A stretch of 32,000 nt of DNA from Candidatus Saccharimonadota bacterium (GCF_013365475.1 NZ_CP046579.1:600001-632000), one strand, 5' to 3'; numbered from the stretch's first letter, positions 10,658 through 21,500 are shown. A program made the numbers and translations. Notes: a model not told the origin generated them from the sequence alone.

Positions 10658-10937
10658 TATCTTTAGGTATATTATCAGGTATATTATCTATATTATAACT
10701 AGGATAAAATTTACCATCCTTACCGACTATATAACTTACCTTCTCAACATCACGCTCTTTACATAAGTCCTCAACCCCAGTATTTTTTAATAAATCTCTG
10801 GTTTTTGACTTTATAACTATAAGATACCTATATATATCAACAATAAAATTAATAAATGCAGGTATTTGCTTTTTATCAAAAGCAATTATACTCACTAGAG
10901 CTATAGCTAGAATTTCTGGGAGACCTATACTAAACAT
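10629..10937 (-). CDS. Sec-independent (Tat) translocase subunit, TatB/TatA family
   Basis: 102 aa. The N-terminus MFSIGLPEILAIALVSIIAF resembles the TatB start (MFDIGFSELLLV...), including Glu at position 8. An amphipathic segment and an acidic low-complexity tail follow. The usual Gly-Pro hinge is absent. Its 3' end overlaps the pleD start by 29 nt. Confidence 0.55.
   Translation of the reverse strand: MFSIGLPEILAIALVSIIAFDKKQIPAFINFIVDIYRYLIVIKSKTRDLLKNTGVEDLCKERDVEKVSYIVGKDGKFYPSYNIDNIPDNIPKDNDSKDTGSG
10665..10697. repeat. 12-bp perfect tandem duplication (aggtatattatc x2) plus a partial third unit, in frame within the tatB-like tail
   Basis: Read directly: 10665-10676 equals 10677-10688. 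Bases 10689-10697 (tatattata) repeat the unit minus its first 3 nt. On the coding strand this gives NI-DNIP-DNIP. Confidence 0.9.
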
Positions 10938-10942
10938 TTTTC

Positions 10943-13900
10943 TTATGAGGCAAGTACTTCAATTCTTTTAATTATAAATATTAATTTACTTAAATCAAGT
11001 TTAGAAGCAACCATCTCATTTAAGAAGCTATTATAACGCTCTATATAATCTACATCATTGCAAGCCCAAGTTTGAACTTTATTTTTACAATTATCATTAG
11101 ACTTTATAATCTTGACAGTCAGCTTATAATGATAATTGCTTAAATCATCTAACAAATCGTTAATTAAGCTACGGTTCCAATAAGAAGCATGATCCTTCAT
11201 CTCAATGGCAATTGTTCTAATTAGATCAAACCTTAATAGTGATTTTAACTCAAAATATATTTTTCCAGTACTAAGAACAGATAAATGTGTCTGCTCAGAA
11301 ATAGATACAATGTCCAATGCATAGGCCAAAACACATAAGTCAGTGACTTTTTTTGCTAAGTCCCTATCTATATTAAGTTTTACTAAAGAAGCAGACTTGT
11401 GATAATGAATCTTTAATAAATGTTCATCTAGAATATCAGTCAAGTTTTGTCCTAAAGTTTCAATTGCCTTCTTAAATCTTGTAATATCACTTAAATCTAT
11501 AAAGCTAAGTTTGCCTAGGTTTTTTACTAACCAAAATGATACTCTACCAGTAAACTTTTGGACGCTTCTTACTACCTGTAAGTAAGAATGCACATCAATC
11601 TTCCCATCTAATTCATCAATTTCTCGCCATAAATTATTTAAACTATATAAGTGAGTAACAACAATATACAAATTAACTGCTTCATATATCTTAATTCCAG
11701 TTTTTTCAACTAGGTTATTAATAAATATACATCCCATCCTATTTACCACATCATTTGCAATGCAAGTGGAGATAATTTCTCTACGTAGTCTATGTTTCAA
11801 TATAAAATTTCTAAACTCTGTTACCATTTTGTATGGAAAGTAATTTAGCAAGTAGTCTCTACATAAAGAGCCCCTTTCAGGTAAGTCAGAGTGTATAACT
11901 TCATTTTTTATTGCTGTTCTAACATAAGACATTAGAACAGCAAGTTGAGGAGAGCTAAAACCATCCACTTCAGTCAACATGCTTGCTATCTCCTCATCAG
12001 ATGGAAGAAATTCCACATTTCTATCCAACAACCCAGATTTTTCCAAACTGAGCAATAACCTATGGTGTTGTTCTAACCTTTTTTTGGCATGTAAGCACTC
12101 AAGAAGCAACGCTTTTGTTTCAATTTTATTATGGTCTTCAAGAACTTTAGATGCAACTTCATCTACCATGCTAGCCAATATCTCATTCCTCTTCTTCAAA
12201 GAAAGACTGCCTTCTTTCATAGCTGAAACGAATGCAATTTTAATATTAACTTCAAGATCAGAACATATTACTCCTGCTGAGTTATCAATAAAATCTGCGT
12301 TGATATATCCACCTTTTTTAGCATACTCTACCCTTCCAAGTTGCGTGCAACCAAGATTGCCGCCTTCTATGAACATAGAAGCTCTAACGTCTCTACCATT
12401 CACCCTTAATTCATCGTTTACTTTATCATTAACTACATCATGACTCTCACTTTTTGCTTTAACAAATGTGCCAATTCCTCCATTCCATATCAAATCTACT
12501 CTTGCTTTTAATAAATATTGTATTAAGCTACCTGGCGATAATATATCTTCTGTTATGTCAAAGCATTTTTTCATTTCTTGAGAAACTCTTATTTGTTTAC
12601 TGCTACGATCAAATACTCCTCCTCCTTGAGAAATTAAATCCTTGTTATAATCTGCCCAAGTTGAAAATGGTAACTCAAAAAGACGCTTACGTTCCGCAAA
12701 ACTACTCACTAGATCAGGGTTTGGGTCAATGAAAATGTGTATATGATTAAATGCACCAATCAAATGTATACTACTTGAAAGGAGCATGCCATTCCCAAAT
12801 AGATCACCAGACATATCCCCAACTCCAATAACAGACACACCCTGACGAATGTTTTTATTCATCTTCCAAAAATGCCTTTGTGCTGAAATCCATGCACCTC
12901 TAGCTGTAATGCCCATCTTTTTATGATCATAACCATCTGACCCACCGGATGCGAATGCATCACCAAGCCAAAAATTATATTCAGATGCTATTTGGTTAGC
13001 ATAATCAGAAAATGAAGCAGTGCCTTTATCTGCAGCAACCACCAAATATGGATCGTCTTCATCATATCTAATAACATTTTTAGGTGGGATTATTTCACCA
13101 TCAACTATATTATCAGTAATATCAAGCATTCCCCTGATAAAACTCCTATAGCACTCAATACCTTTATCCCTTAAAATGCTTTTATCTTTATAGGCCTTCT
13201 TTATTACAAACCCACCTTTTGCACCAACTGGAACAATAACTGCATTTTTAGTCATCTGAGTTTTTACAAGACCTAAAACTTCAGTACGCAAGTCCTCTGT
13301 TCTATCTGACCATCTTAACCCACCACGTGCTAATTTCCCTCCTCTTAAATGGATCCCCTCAAAAAGGGTTGAATAAACATATAACTCACGATATGGGCGT
13401 GGATTGGGTAAATTATTTATTTTGCTTGAGTCAAACTTTATAGACAAGTAAGATTTATCATCTTGATAATAACTTGTTCTCAAAATAGACATTATCAAGT
13501 TAAATATGGAACGTAAAACATAATCATGTGAAATATTACTGACACCTTTTAAAAGGTCCTCAATTCTTTCTCTGAAGATGTTAGTAGTTTCTACTCTATC
13601 AATATCTATATTAGGATCAAACCTCACATGAAATAGCTGTATCAAATACTTTACTACCTTTGGATACTCTGAAACCACTCTTTGGATGTAACCTGGGTTG
13701 TAGTTAAATGATATTTGCTTTAGGTAAGCGCCTAGCACTCTAATCAGAAGTACTTCTTTCCACTCTAGTCCAGCAATAATGATTAAGCTGTTAAAATAGT
13801 CGTTTTTAATTTCCCCACTAAACACTTTTGCAAGCGTCATCTCAAACTGTTCTTTTAGAGTGATATTGTTTATCAACTCATCAACCTTTGACAACACAAA

Positions 13901-15691
13901 ATGATGTATCCATATACCACCATTAATCTCTATATAATAACTATTATGAGATAGAATCTTCGCCCCTAAATTTTTAGTAATTTCTAATATTTTCGATAAT
14001 TCAAGCCCTCCATTGCTTGGGGTATAAACCTTTAATTGATAATTAAGATTATCTCCAGTAAGCTTCAGATCAACTTCACTCACTCCTTTTCTTCTTACTA
14101 TCTCCAACTTTTTCATATCATAGTATGCACTATGAGGCTCAAAGCTTTCTTGATAACTTATTGGAAATGCTTTACAGTAACGAATGAATATATCCTCAAC
14201 AGTACTGAAAGTGCTATATAGATTATCCATAAAACGATCTTCCCACTTCTCTGTAATGTTCCTTAAAATACTTTCGACACGAAAAACTTTGTCATCAAGA
14301 ACATTAGTACTTTCAGTCTTTAGAACTACATGCAGTTTCATTAAATCATATTCATTGATAATATGATTATTGCAAATATCTGAACTATCTGCATTCATCT
14401 CATTTTTTAATATGTCACGTATTTTAAACATTAACTTAGCACTAGCATAACGCATCGGTATTAGCATTATACAACTAATAAAATTACCTATCCTCTTTAA
14501 GAAGAGCTTAACCCTTGGCCTAATCGCAAGAGACATGATCGAAGTACAAATTTTAAATAACTCATCTTCATTTGATTGAAATAATTCATCACAAGAAAAT
14601 GTTTGTAAAATAGAGACTAAAGCCTTATTATTATGGCTACCAGGTACAAATCCTGTTTTCCTTTCTATTATTTTAACTTTATTTTTTACTATTGGAATAG
14701 TACGAATATCCTGAACTTCTGCTACAGAAGTGAATAACCCAAAAAAATGCCGCTCCTTTACTAGATTACCTTGATTATTGAATTCTTTTACCCCTATACA
14801 ATTCATATATGCACGACGATGAACTATCGAGATCAGATCAGACCTTATTATGTACAAGTTTAAACTCTCAGAAAAAATCAAAGAACTCCGATATTCCTTA
14901 CCTGCTCTCATTAAACCAAGATTTTTTTCGTCACTCAAAATGAGTTTTCCATCTTCATCAGAAATACATTCTTGATAACCTAAAAATACAAAATTATTAT
15001 TTTGTAACCAATTTAAAAAATCTATAACCTCATCAGGAGTGTATGAAGATTTACCATGGATTTCAACACCTACTGCTTGAGTGATAGAATAAAGTTTACC
15101 TCTCACCTCATCCAGCTCTTGTAGCATTAGGCGCCAATCCCTTACAACACAATTAACTGCTTTCAGTGTCTTTTGTAAAGATTCTCTTAAAGTATTAACA
15201 AAATTATCACTTATTCCCTTAATAATTACATATATTACTGACTCCTTTACAGCATTATCTTCTTCTAAACCGTAAATCCCATCAATCAGATCATTTTTCC
15301 TTTTTATATTGATTATACTATTACTGTAATAGTATATAGTCAAATTATGTGATCTAATAGTAGCAACGATTGAGTCAACCAAAAAAGGCATATCATCATT
15401 CATTATCTTAACTACATTAAAATTACCTTTTATACCTGGTATATCACTTACATTACTTACCTTTAATTTGCTTTTCCCTCTTTCCTTCTTAAAAAGGAAG
15501 TTGTATGCATCCCTTGCAATATACAGAAAGAACTCATTGTTGACTTTTAAATCACTATTATAAACAAAACTATAGAAATATTTTATAAACTCTTTTATTT
15601 TTCCTCTTTCCTCTTGGTTTTCCTGACTAAGGAGATTGAATAAAGATTCAGTGTCAACATTATTATCTACACACATTTTTTCATACAACAA
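10943..15691 (-). CDS. gdh: NAD-specific glutamate dehydrogenase, large (~180 kDa) bacterial type
   Basis: 1582 aa single ORF. The hallmark catalytic block of the large Bac_GDH family is present (RGGLRWSDRTEDLRTEVLGLVKTQMTKNAVIVPVGAKGGF, then VVAADKGTA and GGSDGYDHKKMGITARGAW). Confidence 0.9.
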   Translation of the reverse strand: MLYEKMCVDNNVDTESLFNLLSQENQEERGKIKEFIKYFYSFVYNSDLKVNNEFFLYIARDAYNFLFKKERGKSKLKVSNVSDIPGIKGNFNVVKIMNDDMPFLVDSIVATIRSHNLTIYYYSNSIINIKRKNDLIDGIYGLEEDNAVKESVIYVIIKGISDNFVNTLRESLQKTLKAVNCVVRDWRLMLQELDEVRGKLYSITQAVGVEIHGKSSYTPDEVIDFLNWLQNNNFVFLGYQECISDEDGKLILSDEKNLGLMRAGKEYRSSLIFSESLNLYIIRSDLISIVHRRAYMNCIGVKEFNNQGNLVKERHFFGLFTSVAEVQDIRTIPIVKNKVKIIERKTGFVPGSHNNKALVSILQTFSCDELFQSNEDELFKICTSIMSLAIRPRVKLFLKRIGNFISCIMLIPMRYASAKLMFKIRDILKNEMNADSSDICNNHIINEYDLMKLHVVLKTESTNVLDDKVFRVESILRNITEKWEDRFMDNLYSTFSTVEDIFIRYCKAFPISYQESFEPHSAYYDMKKLEIVRRKGVSEVDLKLTGDNLNYQLKVYTPSNGGLELSKILEITKNLGAKILSHNSYYIEINGGIWIHHFVLSKVDELINNITLKEQFEMTLAKVFSGEIKNDYFNSLIIIAGLEWKEVLLIRVLGAYLKQISFNYNPGYIQRVVSEYPKVVKYLIQLFHVRFDPNIDIDRVETTNIFRERIEDLLKGVSNISHDYVLRSIFNLIMSILRTSYYQDDKSYLSIKFDSSKINNLPNPRPYRELYVYSTLFEGIHLRGGKLARGGLRWSDRTEDLRTEVLGLVKTQMTKNAVIVPVGAKGGFVIKKAYKDKSILRDKGIECYRSFIRGMLDITDNIVDGEIIPPKNVIRYDEDDPYLVVAADKGTASFSDYANQIASEYNFWLGDAFASGGSDGYDHKKMGITARGAWISAQRHFWKMNKNIRQGVSVIGVGDMSGDLFGNGMLLSSSIHLIGAFNHIHIFIDPNPDLVSSFAERKRLFELPFSTWADYNKDLISQGGGVFDRSSKQIRVSQEMKKCFDITEDILSPGSLIQYLLKARVDLIWNGGIGTFVKAKSESHDVVNDKVNDELRVNGRDVRASMFIEGGNLGCTQLGRVEYAKKGGYINADFIDNSAGVICSDLEVNIKIAFVSAMKEGSLSLKKRNEILASMVDEVASKVLEDHNKIETKALLLECLHAKKRLEQHHRLLLSLEKSGLLDRNVEFLPSDEEIASMLTEVDGFSSPQLAVLMSYVRTAIKNEVIHSDLPERGSLCRDYLLNYFPYKMVTEFRNFILKHRLRREIISTCIANDVVNRMGCIFINNLVEKTGIKIYEAVNLYIVVTHLYSLNNLWREIDELDGKIDVHSYLQVVRSVQKFTGRVSFWLVKNLGKLSFIDLSDITRFKKAIETLGQNLTDILDEHLLKIHYHKSASLVKLNIDRDLAKKVTDLCVLAYALDIVSISEQTHLSVLSTGKIYFELKSLLRFDLIRTIAIEMKDHASYWNRSLINDLLDDLSNYHYKLTVKIIKSNDNCKNKVQTWACNDVDYIERYNSFLNEMVASKLDLSKLIFIIKRIEVLAS

Positions 15692-15699
15692 AAGTAACT

Positions 15700-18261
15700 T
15701 TAAACCCTTCTAACTAAGATTTCATTATTGATGGCATATACTACTAGTTTACTACCTTCTGCTACTTTTTCTGATAAAATTAACTTAGCTAAATTGTTTT
15801 GAATACATTCTTGTATTACTCTCTTTAGTGGTCTTGCTCCATATTCAGGATCATAGCCAGTTTTTGCTATTAATTCTTTAGCTTCCTGTGACAAACTTAT
15901 ACTTAGCTTAAGCTTAGCAAGTGACTTTTGTAAGTGAGAAAATTGAATATCTATTATTTTATAAATGTCATCCTTGGTTAAACTATGAAATATAATGATA
16001 TCATCCAGCCTATTTAAAAATTCTGGACGAAATGCTAACTTAACTATTTTCATCACTTCACTTTTCATAGAGTCAGCGACTTCTTTTAGCATTATTTCAG
16101 CACCAAGATTAGAAGTTAAAATCAGTATAGTATTACGAAAATCAACCAACTTACCATGGCTATCAGTTAGCCTACCCTCATCCAAAATCTGTAATAATAG
16201 ATTAAATATATCTTGATTTGCCTTCTCTATCTCATCAAATAAAATTACCTGATATGGCCTTCTTCTTACCGCTTCTGTCAACCTTCCACCTTGTTCATAG
16301 CCAACATACCCTGGAGGTGCACCAATCAATTTTGAAACAGAGTGTTTTTCCATATACTCAGACATATCAAAACGTAGAAGTGCCCCCTGAGCATCAAACA
16401 AGAACTCAGTAAGAACTTTTGCTAGCTCAGTTTTTCCAACTCCAGTTGGACCTAAAAATAAGAACGATCCAAAAGGACGATTAGTATCTTGTACTCCAGA
16501 ACGAGATCTCCTAACTGCATTGCTTATTGCTTCTATAGCATCCTTCTGTCCTATCACTCTTTTCCCTATCTCATTTTCCATGTTAAGAAGTTTCTCCTTT
16601 TCGCTGTGCATCATGCTATCAACTGGAATACCTGTCCATTTTGAAACAATATTTGCAATATCATTCTCAGCAACTTCTTTCTTTAGGAAACTGTCAGTAA
16701 TCTTCTCTTGATTTTTTAATTCATTTTCAAGCTGAGGAATCACACCATACATTAGCTCACCTGCTCTTCCTAAGTTCCCATTGCGCTGAGCTAGCTCTAG
16801 CTCTTTTCTAGCATTATCTAATTTACCAGCTGTTTCTTGTATTCTAGCTATCTTATTTTTCTCCACTTGCCATTTGTTATTTAAATTAGAAAATTTACTA
16901 TCTAAGTCTCGAATTTCTTCATTTATCCTTTTCAAACGCTGCTTAGAATTTTCATCATGTTCCCTTTTGAGGGCTTCCGACTCTATTTTGAGTTGAATTA
17001 TCTTCCTTTCAAGCTCGTCAATGACTTCAGGTTTACTATCCATTTCGATTCTCACTCTACTTGCTGCTTCGTCAATTAAGTCAATTGCTTTATCAGGCAA
17101 AAACCTATCTGTTATATATCTATTAGATAACGTTGCAGCAGCAACTATTGCACCATCTGTAATTCTTATACCATGATGCACTTCATACTTTTCTTTCAAA
17201 CCTCTGAGTATTGAAATAGTATTAGCTTCAGTTGGCTGAGAAATAAACACAGGCTGAAAACGCCTAGCAAGTGCAGGATCTTTTTCTATATGTTCACGGT
17301 ACTCATCCAATGTCGTGGCTCCTATGCATCGAATTTCTCCACGTGCAAGAGCAGGTTTCAAAAGATTGGAGGCATCCATTGCACCACTTGTTGCTCCTGC
17401 CCCAGCTAAAGTATGAAGCTCATCTATAAATAGAATAACCTTCTCTTCTATTTTTGAAAGTTCATTAATGACAGCTTTTAGCCTCTCTTCAAACTCGCCT
17501 CTAAACTTTGTTCCAGCAATCAATGCACCAAGATCTAAGGCTAGGACCTTTGCACCACGTAAACCAAGTGGTACATCATTTGTAACAATTCTATTTGCTA
17601 GTCCTTCAACTATTGCAGTTTTCCCAACGCCAGGCTCACCTATTAACACTGGATTATTCTTTGTTCGCCTAAGTGATACCTGTATAGTTCTTCTAATCTC
17701 ATCATCACGACCAATCACAGGATCAAGCTTACCTTGCATAGCAAGCTCTGTAATATCCTTTGTATACTTCTTTACCATAGTCAATCTCCCACTTCTTGCT
17801 GGAGAGACTGTGTTATTACCTCTCGTTATTTCTGTAATAACTGAGTTTAACTTCTGTTGTGTAATACCATTCTCTGCTAAAATTTTACCTACAGTATCAC
17901 CACTCTGTGCAGCTAGGCTTTGCAGTAATTGTTCAACAGTAACAAATGTATCTTTATTCCTTCTGGCAATATTCACTGAATCATCAAAGACTCTTGCCAT
18001 TTCTCTTGAAAGTTGAAGACCACCACTTCCTGGACCTTCAACTACTGGAAATTTTTTTAGCGAACTATCTACAGCATAAGAAATATTTTTTACATTCCCA
18101 CCACAAGCAACTATCAAATCATGGACTAAACTTGATTCATCTTCAAGCATTGCCTTTAGCAAATGTTCAGGCATAAAAACTTGATGTCCAGATCCCAATG
18201 CTTTCATCTGAGAACTCTGGATCAGGCCTTTTGCTTCTTCAGTAAATTTACTTAAATCCAT
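15700..18261 (-). CDS. clpB: Chaperone / disaggregase ClpB
   Basis: 853 aa. It has the Clp N-domain, two AAA+ modules (Walker A GEPGVGKT and GPTGVGKT), the long coiled-coil middle domain between them, and the GARPLKR sensor motif. Confidence 0.96.
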   Translation of the reverse strand: MDLSKFTEEAKGLIQSSQMKALGSGHQVFMPEHLLKAMLEDESSLVHDLIVACGGNVKNISYAVDSSLKKFPVVEGPGSGGLQLSREMARVFDDSVNIARRNKDTFVTVEQLLQSLAAQSGDTVGKILAENGITQQKLNSVITEITRGNNTVSPARSGRLTMVKKYTKDITELAMQGKLDPVIGRDDEIRRTIQVSLRRTKNNPVLIGEPGVGKTAIVEGLANRIVTNDVPLGLRGAKVLALDLGALIAGTKFRGEFEERLKAVINELSKIEEKVILFIDELHTLAGAGATSGAMDASNLLKPALARGEIRCIGATTLDEYREHIEKDPALARRFQPVFISQPTEANTISILRGLKEKYEVHHGIRITDGAIVAAATLSNRYITDRFLPDKAIDLIDEAASRVRIEMDSKPEVIDELERKIIQLKIESEALKREHDENSKQRLKRINEEIRDLDSKFSNLNNKWQVEKNKIARIQETAGKLDNARKELELAQRNGNLGRAGELMYGVIPQLENELKNQEKITDSFLKKEVAENDIANIVSKWTGIPVDSMMHSEKEKLLNMENEIGKRVIGQKDAIEAISNAVRRSRSGVQDTNRPFGSFLFLGPTGVGKTELAKVLTEFLFDAQGALLRFDMSEYMEKHSVSKLIGAPPGYVGYEQGGRLTEAVRRRPYQVILFDEIEKANQDIFNLLLQILDEGRLTDSHGKLVDFRNTILILTSNLGAEIMLKEVADSMKSEVMKIVKLAFRPEFLNRLDDIIIFHSLTKDDIYKIIDIQFSHLQKSLAKLKLSISLSQEAKELIAKTGYDPEYGARPLKRVIQECIQNNLAKLILSEKVAEGSKLVVYAINNEILVRRV

Positions 18262-18468
18262 AATATAATCTAATTCATACTAAGTATACATCATAGTAAC
18301 TATTTTCTCAATTTTAAACTAAAAGCTGTTCATCTTAGATAAAAATTATCTAATACATTGAATCTATACTCATATGCAATAACATCATCAAATTCGTAAA
18401 AAAAAATATTCAAATTCAAGCATGGCACTATGCAACATAACTAAGAATCATAAGGAACGTCAAGTGTT

Positions 18469-19341
18469 TTATACCGAAAAACGATAAGCTTTAAGCTTAC
18501 TAAAATCTTCTCCAGCATGATATGATGACCTAGTTAGTGGGCTTGATGCAACCATTAAGAATCCTTTAGAATAAGCAATATATTTATATTTTTCAAATTC
18601 TTCTGGAGTAATATACTTGTCAACTTTTGCATGTTTTGGGGTTGGCTGTAAGTATTGACCTATTGTTATGAAATCAACTTCAGCATTTCGTAAATCATCC
18701 ATAACCTGAAGTACCTCTTCTTTTGTTTCTCCAAGACCAAGCATAAGTCCTGACTTTACAAAAAGTTTAGGATTAATCTGCCTTACCATTTTCAGCAAAT
18801 ATAATGAATGAAAATAACGAGCTCTTGGTCTTATCCTTGTATATAATCTTGGCACCGTTTCAATGTTGTGATTATAGACATCAGGTGATGCAGAAGCAAC
18901 TGCTTCAAATGCACCTCTCTTATTTAAAAAATCAGGAGTCAAAACTTCTATTGTTGTTTCTGGAGCAATCTTTCTCACTTCTTCTATACATTTTACAAAC
19001 TGATTTGCACCACCATCTGGTAAATCATCACGGTCAACAGATGTAATAACAACGTGTTTTAAGTTTAATTTTTTTACTACCCTCGCCAAATTTTCTGGTT
19101 CATGAGGATCTAATTTATCGGGCATACCAGTTGCAACGTTGCAAAATGCACAAGCACGAGTGCAAACAGAACCAAGAATCATCACAGTAGCACAACGTTT
19201 ATTCCAGCATTCACCAATATTTGGACAAGCAGCCTCCTCGCAAACTGTACGCAAGTTATGCAGCTTGACGGTGTTTAGGGTTTCATTGAATATTTCACCA
19301 GTTGGAGCCTTTGTTCTGAGCCACGAAGGCTTACTACACAT
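18469..19341 (-). CDS. lipA: Lipoyl synthase
   Basis: 290 aa. It has the auxiliary cluster motif [12 protein letters not shown] and the radical-SAM CTRACAFC motif. The start overlaps the rpmB stop by 8 nt. Confidence 0.95.
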   Translation of the reverse strand: MCSKPSWLRTKAPTGEIFNETLNTVKLHNLRTVCEEAACPNIGECWNKRCATVMILGSVCTRACAFCNVATGMPDKLDPHEPENLARVVKKLNLKHVVITSVDRDDLPDGGANQFVKCIEEVRKIAPETTIEVLTPDFLNKRGAFEAVASASPDVYNHNIETVPRLYTRIRPRARYFHSLYLLKMVRQINPKLFVKSGLMLGLGETKEEVLQVMDDLRNAEVDFITIGQYLQPTPKHAKVDKYITPEEFEKYKYIAYSKGFLMVASSPLTRSSYHAGEDFSKLKAYRFSV

Positions 19342-19648
19342 CTGAAACAGATAATTTTACCTCTTGCTTTGCTAAAACTTTTTTTAGCCTTCTCTTTATT
19401 TTCTGTGCTTTCTCACTTAGCTTTACTGTCTTAGTGCTGAGTAAAAAAGCATCAAGGTTACCTTTATAGTCTATAGTCCTTAAAGTCCTTGCTGCTATGC
19501 GAAACTTAAATTTTTCATTCAACATATCACTTACCAACGTAACACCATGTAAATTTAAGAGAAATGTGCGCTTTACTTTACGATTTGAATGTGATACCTT
19601 ACTACCAAAAGTTTTTTTTCTATTCGTTAATTCACAAACTCTACTCAT
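19334..19648 (-). CDS. rpmB: 50S ribosomal protein L28
   Basis: [29 protein letters not shown] is the L28 N-terminal signature. I start at the ATG at 19648 rather than the track's upstream TTG at 19660, giving 104 aa. Confidence 0.9.
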   Translation of the reverse strand: MSRVCELTNRKKTFGSKVSHSNRKVKRTFLLNLHGVTLVSDMLNEKFKFRIAARTLRTIDYKGNLDAFLLSTKTVKLSEKAQKIKRRLKKVLAKQEVKLSVSDV

Positions 19649-19670
19649 CCTGCATATCAATTTACTCTAT

Positions 19671-20027
19671 TTACTTAGACTGCCCTAGCACGCTTAAATA
19701 GTCAACACTTTCTTGCTTAATTTTTATAGCATATACTGCTTTATAGCCAAAAAATATCGTGATTCTCTCTATTATCAGAGAAACCATATGCTGAATCTCT
19801 AGCGCCTTACTACCATTTGTTACTATCAGATGTAACACACCAGTATTTATGTTTTGTGCATACGAAACCTTTCTCGGCTTCGTACATTCTGATATTTCTG
19901 CTCCAACTATATCTTTCCAGTTTAAGATAAGACATATTTCATTTTTGCTCATCTTACTCTTCATACATTTTAATACATAACTTTCTACTATAGATTTTAA
20001 TCTTCTTGGACCACTGTGTTTGAGCAT
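19671..20027 (-). CDS. DUF721-domain protein (DciA-like)
   Basis: 118 aa. The pattern NWKDIVGAEISECTKP...GVLHLIVTNGSKALEIQHM...IIERI matches the DUF721 consensus (W..IVG..I...T.P..........L.V.V.....A.EL). It ends 22 nt upstream of rpmB. Confidence 0.65.
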   Translation of the reverse strand: MLKHSGPRRLKSIVESYVLKCMKSKMSKNEICLILNWKDIVGAEISECTKPRKVSYAQNINTGVLHLIVTNGSKALEIQHMVSLIIERITIFFGYKAVYAIKIKQESVDYLSVLGQSK

Positions 20028-20566
20028 CTTTTTAATTTAAAAAATTTCCATATTTACTACGTAGGTGACAGACACGTTTGTAGTCCTTAAACTACGTTAA
20101 TAACAAAACTAATCAACTACAGTAAGTTTACTGAAATAATCTCACTGAACAACTAATACTTCACGTAAGATAGTGATAGTACAATTTATTTAAGATAAAA
20201 TCACATATAGCAATTAACCTTCTCTTTATACAAGGATCCAACTCTACAATACGCTATTCAAATTACTTGATGAAATCAAAAAAATGTTACAAGTACCCAG
20301 CAGGTAAGTTAGTTATTAGTAACATTAGCAATGGATATCTTTAATACAAAAGCCACACAAACGTGTACCTACAGCATTTATTAGATACACTATAATCACT
20401 TTATAAAACTTTGTGCTAATTTATATTTTATAATTGATTAACTATCCAATTTTAATCGGAATTAGTTTCCCCATCTCATTGCTATGAGAGTATTTAAAAT
20501 AGAACTTAAGAACCTTCTTACTCAAATAAAAGCAGTAGCCTAAACTGTTCAATAGAGAACATCTTT

Positions 20567-20761
20567 TCAAGATCTCTCCTCAATCCAAGCTGTTTGAATA
20601 GCTTCAAGTACTTTTTCATTGCAACCATTCCTATCATCGTCAAATTTTTCTAATCCTAAGATCTTCTTTTTAAGCTCAGTAAACCTGATGTTAATTATAT
20701 CCTCATCTGGAAATTTTTCTTCTAAAGCTTCAGCAATGCTTTTTATACTAATCCATTTCAT
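20567..20761 (-). CDS. iscX: Fe-S cluster assembly protein IscX (YfhJ family)
   Basis: 64 aa. From memory it aligns end to end with E. coli IscX: KW......I.EAL....PD.D....RFT.........L..FDDD....NEK.LEAI...W.EE. Confidence 0.85.
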   Translation of the reverse strand: MKWISIKSIAEALEEKFPDEDIINIRFTELKKKILGLEKFDDDRNGCNEKVLEAIQTAWIEERS

Positions 20762-20789
20762 ATCTCTTGCATCCTTTCATAAACTAAAC

Positions 20790-20876
20790 TGGTGCCCATG
20801 GGGAGACTTGAACCCCCAAGGTCATAAGACCCACGGATTTTAAGTCCGTTGCGTCTACCAATTCCGCCACACGGGC
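20790..20876 (-). tRNA. tRNA-Leu (anticodon UAA), class II, 3' CCA encoded
   Basis: Hand-folded on the reverse strand: acceptor GCCCGTG/CATGGGC, D arm GCGGAATTGGTAGACGC, anticodon arm ACGGA-CTTAAAA-TCCGT, long variable arm, T arm GGGGG-TTCAAGT-CTCCC, then A-CCA. Confidence 0.92.
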
Positions 20877-20885
20877 TTTTCTATT

Positions 20886-21500
20886 TTACCTAGAATAGAA
20901 TTCCACTACCAGATTAACTTCCATGTCTGTCGAGTAAGGAACTTCTGAATACTGAGGTACTCTTAAATATTTAACTGAATGTTCCTTACTATTCGTCTCC
21001 AAATAACTAGGAGCTTTGCGCTCTTGTTTTTCTATAGCCCCTATTACTACAGGAATTTTCACTGCTCTCTCTCTTATTTTTACTGTATCACCAGGTTTTA
21101 CACGATAACTCGATATATTAACTACTCTATCATTGACTGTAACATGCCTATGAGATATCAGCTGCTTTGCTGAATAAATTGTTGGTACAAGACCAGAGTG
21201 ATATAAAACAGCACTTAACCTTGACTCCAAGATACCAATAAAATTATCAGCTGTATAACCTTTTCTGTTATAAGCATCTAAAAATATGCACCTGAGTTGC
21301 TTACTTGAAATTGCATAGTAAAACTTAAATTTCTTATGTGCAGCAAACTGCTTACCAAAATCAGATAACCTTTTAAACCCAAGAACACCATGCTGGCCTG
21401 GAGGGTATTTTCTTTTATTAACTGGATCTTTTACCCTGCCCCACAAATTAACGCCAAGCCTACGGCTGACCCTATATTTTCTACTGATAATAGTTGTCAT
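20886..21500 (-). CDS. rpsD: 30S ribosomal protein S4
   Basis: 204 aa. It has the S4 N-terminal block ([16 protein letters not shown]...PPGQHG) and the S4 RNA-binding domain ([33 protein letters not shown]). Confidence 0.95.
   Translation of the reverse strand: MTTIISRKYRVSRRLGVNLWGRVKDPVNKRKYPPGQHGVLGFKRLSDFGKQFAAHKKFKFYYAISSKQLRCIFLDAYNRKGYTADNFIGILESRLSAVLYHSGLVPTIYSAKQLISHRHVTVNDRVVNISSYRVKPGDTVKIRERAVKIPVVIGAIEKQERKAPSYLETNSKEHSVKYLRVPQYSEVPYSTDMEVNLVVEFYSR

Noticed and set aside
17468-18016. Long antisense ORFs inside real genes: 182 aa in clpB, 154 aa at 11979-12443 in gdh, 108 aa at 4515-4841 opposite dolP, 115 aa at 26830-27177 in ccmF, and the many 60-90 aa track ORFs nested in clpX-tig, lpdA, tkt, lipA, secF and yidC.
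   Set aside because: Each lies wholly within, and antisense or out of frame to, a gene with unmistakable family motifs. Their translations are low-complexity S/F/L/I-rich strings with no recognisable domain. The strand opposite a purine-rich coding strand is stop-poor by composition.
20301-20313. 13-mer caggtaagttagt shared between the iscX-DUF721 spacer (20301-20313) and the prmC-ccmF spacer (25287-25299). Also a 10-nt inverted pair, acacgtttgt (20072-20081) and acaaacgtgt (20357-20366).
   Set aside because: With this AT-rich composition I estimate on the order of a hundred chance 13-mer matches within a 32-kb window. The 10-mer pair is also near chance expectation, and flanking sequence does not extend either match.
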